Positions 28,547 to 34,444 of a stretch of DNA of 34,444 nt are shown in pieces. Source of the stretch: Planctomycetota bacterium (lineage in GTDB: Bacteria; Planctomycetota; UBA11346). A program made the translations under genes and the position numbers. Each line of letters starts with the position of its first letter. The stretch's first letter is position 1. The notes under the pieces are model-generated. The model did no database searches. It saw nothing but the letters and a program-made list of their open reading frames with translations, and was not told the DNA's origin. The DNA lies in assembly GCA_038213805.1 (NCBI GenBank), contig JBBQSO010000060.1:1-34444 (forward strand). The letters run 5' to 3'.

Positions 28547-30385
28547 TCAGCGGGGATAGGTCGCATACCCCGCCGCCCGGATGGCCTTCACCAACTCCGC
28601 CCCGATCGCCGCGCCGTCGGCCTTCTCGCGGCGGTCATAGGTCAGCGCGCCGTTGGTCTCGTTCTCGACGTCGGTGAGCTGGGTGATGACGATGGCGCTT
28701 TCGCCCAGCTGCGGGCTGGTCGCCAGGCGCCCGCGGATCGAGGCCACCAGGGCCAGGCCCCAGCCGGCCTCGCCGATGACGGAGGCGCGCGCCGCCTCCG
28801 GGCGCGGCGCGTCGCCTCCGTAGCAGTGGTAGTCGATGAGATCGCCGAGCCCGGCGTCCCACAGGTTCGCGCCCTGGTTCGCGCCGCCGCCCGCGCCGCT
28901 CTCGGCGTCAATCAGGCGCGTGCGGTCCTCGTCGCGGATGGCCGCGACCATGCGCTCCTCGCGGGCGCGCCCCGCAGGCGCCAGCGCATCGGCTTCGCCC
29001 GGCTGCCGCTTCTCGGCCAGCGGCAGGCCCCAGCCCTCGTTGAACGGCACCCACACGATGATCGACGGATGGTTGACGCGGCCCTGGACCATGCGCCGCA
29101 GTTCGGACTCGAAGTTCCCCTCCAGGTCGTCGATGCAGGCGGTCCTGGCATGGTAGCCCATCTCGGGGACGCCGGGCATGTCCTGCCACACCAGCACGCC
29201 CAGCCGATCTGCCCAGTAGTACCAGCGGTCCGGCTCCACCTTGACGTGTTTGCGCAGCATGTTGCAGCCAAGCCGCCTGGCCGCCTCCAGGTCGCTGCGC
29301 AAGGCCGCGTCGCTTGGCGCCGTGTACACCCCGTCCGGCCAGAAACCCTGGTCGAGCAGGCCGATCTGCAGGACGAAGGTGTTGTTGAGCAGCATCCGCG
29401 TCCGCCCGTCCGCGCCGGGACCAACCGCGATCTTGCGCAGGCCGGCGTAGCTGGTCACCACATCGCAGACGCGTCCTGCCGCATCTTTGAGCACCACGCG
29501 CAGGTCGTAGAGGAACGGCGCGTCCGGCCACCACAGCTTCGCCTGTGCGATGGGCAGGACGAGTGTGGTGCCCGACGCGCCCGAACCGTGCGCCACCTCG
29601 CGTCCGCCATCGCTGACCACGACCTCGACCGTCAGGGCCACGCGCGCAGAGGACGAGGCCACCACCGTGAGCGCACCGGCATCGACATCGCCGACGATGC
29701 GCAGTGCGGCGATATGCTGCTGCGGTACCGGCTCCAGCCACACTGTCTGCCAGATGCCGGTGGTCGGCGTGTAGAAGATCCCGCTCGGCCTGAGCGCCTG
29801 CTTGCCGCGCGGCTGCCCGCCTTCCACCGGGTTCCAGACCGAGATCGTCAGCACCTGCTCCGCACCCGCGCCGAGCGCTTCGGTGAGGTCGACATCCCAG
29901 CCATCATAGCCGCCGGTGTGCTTCCCGACCGGCCGCCCATTGAGCTGCACCTCCGCCGCCCAGTTCACCGCGCCGAGATGCAGGATGACGCGCTGCCCCG
30001 CCCACGCCGCGGGCACGGTAAAGGCCCTGCGGTACCAGACCCGCTGTTCGGGCGCGATACGCCTTTCGATCAGCGACAACACCGACTCCGGCGCGAAGGG
30101 CACGCGGATGCGCTCGCCATAGGTCGCCGGCGGCGCCGCCGCGCGGTCGACGACCGCGAAATCCCACATGCCATTCAGGTTCAACCACTGCTGCCGCACC
30201 AGTTGCGGACGCGGGTAGTCGTCCAGCGGCATGGCCGCAGCGTCGAGCGCGCCGCCCCAGCGGGTGATGGGGACGCCTGCCGCTGGCGGCCAGGGCTGCT
30301 CAGCTGCGCTGGCCACGGCGCAGAGGCCGATGAGCACGCAGCATAGGATGGGGGAAAGGGCTGGATGCCTGGTCGTCGCGATCAT
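28547..30385 (-). CDS. Secreted GH2-family glycoside hydrolase
   Basis: GAGGAG RBS; signal peptide; YPRPQL.R..WLNLNG.W, VPFAPES, LHLGAV, GIWQTVWLE, LDQGFWPDG.YTAP, RKHVKVE, NHPSI..W..FNEGWG, IGE, TQLTDVE. Confidence 0.93.
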   Translation of the reverse strand: MIATTRHPALSPILCCVLIGLCAVASAAEQPWPPAAGVPITRWGGALDAAAMPLDDYPRPQLVRQQWLNLNGMWDFAVVDRAAAPPATYGERIRVPFAPESVLSLIERRIAPEQRVWYRRAFTVPAAWAGQRVILHLGAVNWAAEVQLNGRPVGKHTGGYDGWDVDLTEALGAGAEQVLTISVWNPVEGGQPRGKQALRPSGIFYTPTTGIWQTVWLEPVPQQHIAALRIVGDVDAGALTVVASSSARVALTVEVVVSDGGREVAHGSGASGTTLVLPIAQAKLWWPDAPFLYDLRVVLKDAAGRVCDVVTSYAGLRKIAVGPGADGRTRMLLNNTFVLQIGLLDQGFWPDGVYTAPSDAALRSDLEAARRLGCNMLRKHVKVEPDRWYYWADRLGVLVWQDMPGVPEMGYHARTACIDDLEGNFESELRRMVQGRVNHPSIIVWVPFNEGWGLPLAEKRQPGEADALAPAGRAREERMVAAIRDEDRTRLIDAESGAGGGANQGANLWDAGLGDLIDYHCYGGDAPRPEAARASVIGEAGWGLALVASIRGRLATSPQLGESAIVITQLTDVENETNGALTYDRREKADGAAIGAELVKAIRAAGYATYPR

Positions 30386-30519
30386 GACTGGCTCCTCGCA
30401 TGGGACCGGACCGGCAGCGCCTGCCCGGCGACCTGCCACCCCGGGTTGCATGCAGCGGGCATGCACTCTCGAAGTTCCCGGTTGGTACCTGTGGCCGGGC
30501 CATCCGCTGCCACGCTGGA

Positions 30520-30538
30520 CTGGAAATGCCTGGAAATG
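30520..30538. promoter_or_regulatory. Tandem direct repeat CTGGAAATG x2 (10-bp period) upstream of the GH2 gene
   Basis: CTGGAAATG-C-CTGGAAATG in the intergenic region. Confidence 0.35.
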
Positions 30539-30620
30539 GCGGCTTGCGCCGCGGCATTCACGCATCGGATCCGCCCGCGCGGCGCTGGCTTGAGCCGTAC
30601 CCTCCGCCGCTGCTGGGCGA

Positions 30621-33600
30621 TCAGCCCAGCGGCCCTGCGTCCGTGCTATCCACCCCCGCCCCCAGCAGCCCATCGAGCTTCTCGAGCGCGAACTCCTCCA
30701 CCAACCCCAGTACCCCCGCCGCCGTCACCCGGTCCGACCAGGTCGCTGCCAGGGCGGTGATCTCCGCCACGTCGCCGGTGACCAGGGCGCGGCGCAGGGT
30801 AGCGCGCTGTTCTTCCGGCAGCGCCGCGAGACGGCGGCGCAGGTCGTGCGTTGGTGCGGCGGCGGGTGCGGCCGCGCCGGCGCCCTTCCAGGTGAAGCGC
30901 ACCGCCAAGCGCCGTTCGAGCAGGGTGAACAACTCCTCCTCGCGGTAGGGTTTGGGGCAGATCTCGTCGCAGCCGCCGGCGAGGATGCGCGCGCGGTCCT
31001 CGGCGAAGGTCGCCGCGGTCAGGGCGACGATCACCGGCTGGTCGCCGGTCAGGGCGCGGATCGCACGGGTCGCCTGCAGGCCGTCGAGCACCGGCATGTC
31101 GAGATCCATCCAGATCAGGTGCGGTCGCCACGCGCCGGCCATCGTGACCGCGGCGGCGCCGTCGCCGACGGCGCGCGCGTCCAGCCCGGCGCCGCTGAGG
31201 ACCTCGAGCAGCAGCCGCTGGTTGTCGAGATTGTCCTCGGCGATGAGGATGCGCGGGGACGGGCAACCGGGAGCGAGGCCGATGACCTCGCGGTGCGTGG
31301 TGACGGTACGCTCGGCCTGGTCGACGACCGCGGCCGGCAGGGTGACGGTGAAGGTCGAGCCCTGGCCGACGCCACTCTCCGCGCTGAGGTCGCCGCCCAG
31401 GGTGCGGGCGAAGCCGCGGCTGATCGCCAGCCCCAGGCCCGAGCCCCCAGCACGGCCGCGCGCGGGACCGACCTGGACGAAGGGCTGGAAGAGCCCCGCG
31501 AGCTCATCCGGGGCGATGCCGGGGCCGCTGTCGCGCACTGCGACGCGCAACTGTCCGGCCGCGTGCTCCACGATGATGGCGATGGCGCCGGTGGCGGTGA
31601 ACTTCACCGCGTTGGCCAGCAGGTTGACCAGGATCTGGCGCAGCTTGCGCTGGTCGCTGCGCAGATAGCGCGGCAGGCCCGGCGCGAACGTGACGGTCAG
31701 CGCCAGGCCCTTGTCGCGGGCGCGCAGCAGGAACAGGCTGCGCAGGTCCTCGACCAGCGCCGGCAGGTCGAAATCCTCGGCGTCGCAGGTGCTACGCCCG
31801 GCCTCGATGCGCGACATCTCGAGGATGTCGGTGATCAGCGCCAGCAGGTGCTCGCCCGAACGGTTGATGGTCGCGACCGCGCCGCGGTGCGCGGCACTCA
31901 ACGCCGGGTCGCGGCCGAGCAGCTGCGCGTAACCGAGCACGGCGTTGAGCGGCGTGCGGATCTCGTGCGACATGCTCGCCAGGAACTCGCTCTTGGTGCG
32001 GTTCGCCGCCTCCGCCTGGCGCGACAGGCGCTCGGCCTCCAGACGCGCGGCTTCGAGGTGCTGCTGGTTGGCGCGCAGGCTGTCCTCGACCAGGCGGCGC
32101 CGGCGCACCTCGCGGCGCAGGCGCTGGTTCCACAGCAGGAAGAGCGCCAGCACTGCGCTGGCCACGGCCGCGGCCTGCCACAGCGAGCGGTGGCTGAAGC
32201 CCGGCTGCCAGGTGAGGTGGACCCAGCGGTTGCGGATGGCGTCGCGCTCCTCCGGCGGGATCGCCGCCAGGGCCTTGGCGAGGATGCCGCGCAGCTCAGG
32301 CCAGTCGCTGCGCACGGCCATCGACAGGCGGTAGGAGTAAGGCGTCTCGCCGACCACGCGCACGCCCTGGTCGCCGGTCTCGAGCAGGCGCTGCGATGCG
32401 GTCGGCAAGCAGGTGACGAAGGCCGCGGCGTGGCCGTCATGCAGGGCCTGAATGCCGGCGCGGGTGTTCTGCACGCGCAGCAGGTCCAGCTCCGGGTGGT
32501 CGTGGCGCAGCAGCTCCTCCTCGGCGTAGTCCTGCTGTACCGCCACGGTGCGGCCGGCGAGGTCGCCGAGCTCGTGGATGTAGCCGGTGCCGTCCTTGGC
32601 GAAGATGACGATCGGGAAGGCGATGTAGGGCGCGGTGAAGGCTAGGAAATCGCGGCGCTGCGGGGTGTCGACGAGGCAGGCGGCCATGTCGGTCCGGTGC
32701 GCGCGCAGCCGGCCGAACTGCACCTGCCAGCTGGGTTCGTCATCGAGCTCGAAGTGGATGCCGAGCATGATCCCGATGCGGTCGAGGTAGTCGCTGGCCA
32801 TGCCCTGCATGGCGCCGTCCTCGGCGCGCCACTCGATCGGCGCCCAGTCCTTGTCGACCGCCACCCGCACCAGCGGATGCCCGGCGAGCCAGGCGCGCTC
32901 GCCGTCGTCCAGGCCGGGGTCGCGCTGCACCGCGGCGCCCTCGACCTGCGGCAGCCACCGCACGCGGATCGCGCGGTGCTCCGCCGGGGTGATGGCGGCG
33001 ATCGCCTTGTCGATGATCGCCACCAGTTCCGGCCAGTCGTTGCGGACACCGAGGTGCTGGCGGCCGGCCTCGGAGAAGAATAGCAGAGCGACACGCAGCC
33101 CGCCGACCAGGTTGCCGTCGAGCACGTGCTGGACCACGGGCAGTTCGTCGAAGAAGGCGTCGGCCCGCTCCGCGGCGACCAGGCCGACCGCCTCATGGAC
33201 GGTGTCGACCTCGATAAGCGTGGCCGTAGGGCACTGCTGGCGGAGGATCGGCGTGCGCACCGTGCCGCGCACCAGCGCGATTCGCGCCCGGGCGAGGTCG
33301 GCGAGGCGCGTGACGGCGGGGAAGCCGCGCCGCGTCGCGACCGCGAGCGCGGTCTCGGTGTAGGGCACGGAGAAATCCAGGTGCTCGCGCCGCTCGGCGG
33401 TGTTCTTGGCCGACATGATGCCGTCGACCTCGTGTGCCAGGGCGCGGCGCAGGGCCTCGTTCCAGGTCGCGCCGACCAGGCGCACGTGCAGCCCCGCCTT
33501 GGCCGCGATCAGCTGCACGTAATCGACGCTGATGCCGGCGAAGCCGCCGCCGGGCAGGCGTTCGTTGAGCGGCGGGTTGCCGTCGTCGAGGGCGATCACC

Positions 33601-33737
33601 ACTTCGCCGTGGGCGGCGATCCAGGCGCGCTCCAGCGGGGTCAGGCTGTTGGCGACGGTCGCGTCCTCGGCCACCGCTGCGGCGGCCAGGGCGACCAGCG
33701 CGGCGAGCACGCAGCATGAGCGCGCGAAAGCGCTCAT
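30621..33737 (-). CDS. BvgS/EvgS-like hybrid sensor kinase: two periplasmic solute-binding (family 3) domains-TM-HisKA-HATPase-REC
   Basis: Signal peptide; LTPLERAWI.. and LDDGERAWL.. repeated Venus-flytrap domains; TM helix then [49 protein letters not shown]. Confidence 0.95.
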   Translation of the reverse strand: MSAFARSCCVLAALVALAAAAVAEDATVANSLTPLERAWIAAHGEVVIALDDGNPPLNERLPGGGFAGISVDYVQLIAAKAGLHVRLVGATWNEALRRALAHEVDGIMSAKNTAERREHLDFSVPYTETALAVATRRGFPAVTRLADLARARIALVRGTVRTPILRQQCPTATLIEVDTVHEAVGLVAAERADAFFDELPVVQHVLDGNLVGGLRVALLFFSEAGRQHLGVRNDWPELVAIIDKAIAAITPAEHRAIRVRWLPQVEGAAVQRDPGLDDGERAWLAGHPLVRVAVDKDWAPIEWRAEDGAMQGMASDYLDRIGIMLGIHFELDDEPSWQVQFGRLRAHRTDMAACLVDTPQRRDFLAFTAPYIAFPIVIFAKDGTGYIHELGDLAGRTVAVQQDYAEEELLRHDHPELDLLRVQNTRAGIQALHDGHAAAFVTCLPTASQRLLETGDQGVRVVGETPYSYRLSMAVRSDWPELRGILAKALAAIPPEERDAIRNRWVHLTWQPGFSHRSLWQAAAVASAVLALFLLWNQRLRREVRRRRLVEDSLRANQQHLEAARLEAERLSRQAEAANRTKSEFLASMSHEIRTPLNAVLGYAQLLGRDPALSAAHRGAVATINRSGEHLLALITDILEMSRIEAGRSTCDAEDFDLPALVEDLRSLFLLRARDKGLALTVTFAPGLPRYLRSDQRKLRQILVNLLANAVKFTATGAIAIIVEHAAGQLRVAVRDSGPGIAPDELAGLFQPFVQVGPARGRAGGSGLGLAISRGFARTLGGDLSAESGVGQGSTFTVTLPAAVVDQAERTVTTHREVIGLAPGCPSPRILIAEDNLDNQRLLLEVLSGAGLDARAVGDGAAAVTMAGAWRPHLIWMDLDMPVLDGLQATRAIRALTGDQPVIVALTAATFAEDRARILAGGCDEICPKPYREEELFTLLERRLAVRFTWKGAGAAAPAAAPTHDLRRRLAALPEEQRATLRRALVTGDVAEITALAATWSDRVTAAGVLGLVEEFALEKLDGLLGAGVDSTDAGPLG

Positions 33738-34444
33738 GGCGCGCTCGCGCGCGGCTGGACGTCCGCCGTGAAGCGCTCGAGCTGCTCGAGCGCAAGACCC
33801 TCGGCCAGGCGGTCGATGGCGTGCGCCGTGCCACGATCGCCGAGGCGGGCGGTGACCGCGGTGATGGCGACAAGATCCCCGGTGACCACCGCCGCGCGCA
33901 GCGCCAGGCGGTCGCTCGCCGGCAGCGCGGCGAGTCCCGCCGTGAGCTCAAGCTCTGCGACCGGCTCGGCGACCGGCGGGCCGGGCTCACGCCAGATGAA
34001 GCGCAGACCGAGGCGCTCCTCGAGCAGCGCGAACAGCGCCTCCTCCCGGTAAGGCTTATGCACCAGGCCGTCGCAGCCGGCGGCGATCAGGCGTGCGCGG
34101 TCCTCCGCGAACACCGCGGCGGTCAAGGCGAAGATCAGCGGCTGCGCGCCGGGCTGCGCGCGGATCGCCCGCGTCGCCTGCAGACCGTCGAGCACCGGCA
34201 GGTCGAGGTCCATCCAGATCAGCTGGGGCTGCCAGTCGCGGGCGGCCGCGACGGCGGCGGCGCCGTCGCCGACCGCGCGCACCGCGAGTCCGGCGCCGGC
34301 GAACAGCTCAAGCAGCAGGCGCTGGCTGTCGGGATGATCTTCGGCGATGAGGACGCGCGCCGCGGGACTGCCCGGCGCGAGGCCGATGACCTCGCGGCCG
34401 CTGGGAGAGGCGTGCGCGGCGCGCGCCGCCGCGCCCACGGGGAT
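33734..34444 (-). CDS. C-terminal receiver part of a paralogous (probably hybrid kinase) gene; 5' part outside window
   Basis: Frame is open to the window edge; [32 protein letters not shown] overlap with the next gene. Confidence 0.88.
   Translation of the reverse strand: MPVGAAARAAHASPSGREVIGLAPGSPAARVLIAEDHPDSQRLLLELFAGAGLAVRAVGDGAAAVAAARDWQPQLIWMDLDLPVLDGLQATRAIRAQPGAQPLIFALTAAVFAEDRARLIAAGCDGLVHKPYREEALFALLEERLGLRFIWREPGPPVAEPVAELELTAGLAALPASDRLALRAAVVTGDLVAITAVTARLGDRGTAHAIDRLAEGLALEQLERFTADVQPRASAP

Noticed and set aside
1..34444. CRISPR arrays, tRNA/rRNA, phage or defence genes
   Set aside because: No spaced repeats, RNA-gene signatures or such protein motifs were seen by eye.

Overview
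GC-rich bacterial window; the DUF1552 remnant hints at a Planctomycetota/PVC- or myxobacteria-like host, but the taxonomy is not established. The left end is the 3' part of an ISL3-family element that has inserted into a DUF1552 gene. Next come a secreted coiled-coil protein, a tiny rod/hook-like ORF, a frameshifted CheY-like gene and a small carbohydrate cluster (six-hairpin glycosidase-like protein, clan GH-A hydrolase, HGSNAT/DUF5009 acyltransferase). The rest is dominated by signalling: six histidine-kinase genes (one cut by the window edge) and CheY-like receivers, with no DNA-binding regulator. Interspersed are a lipoprotein, D-lactate dehydrogenase, DoxX, cytochrome bd (cydAB) with atypical motifs and a GH2. 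Top finding: a hybrid kinase (15462-18422) with an ETR1-type ethylene-binding domain that keeps all seven key residues in exact register. It lies next to ldhA, a CheB-CheR kinase with a FixL-like PAS, and cydAB, which suggests (inference only) a gas/hypoxia-sensing neighbourhood. All family calls come from motif recognition by eye; no searches were run.
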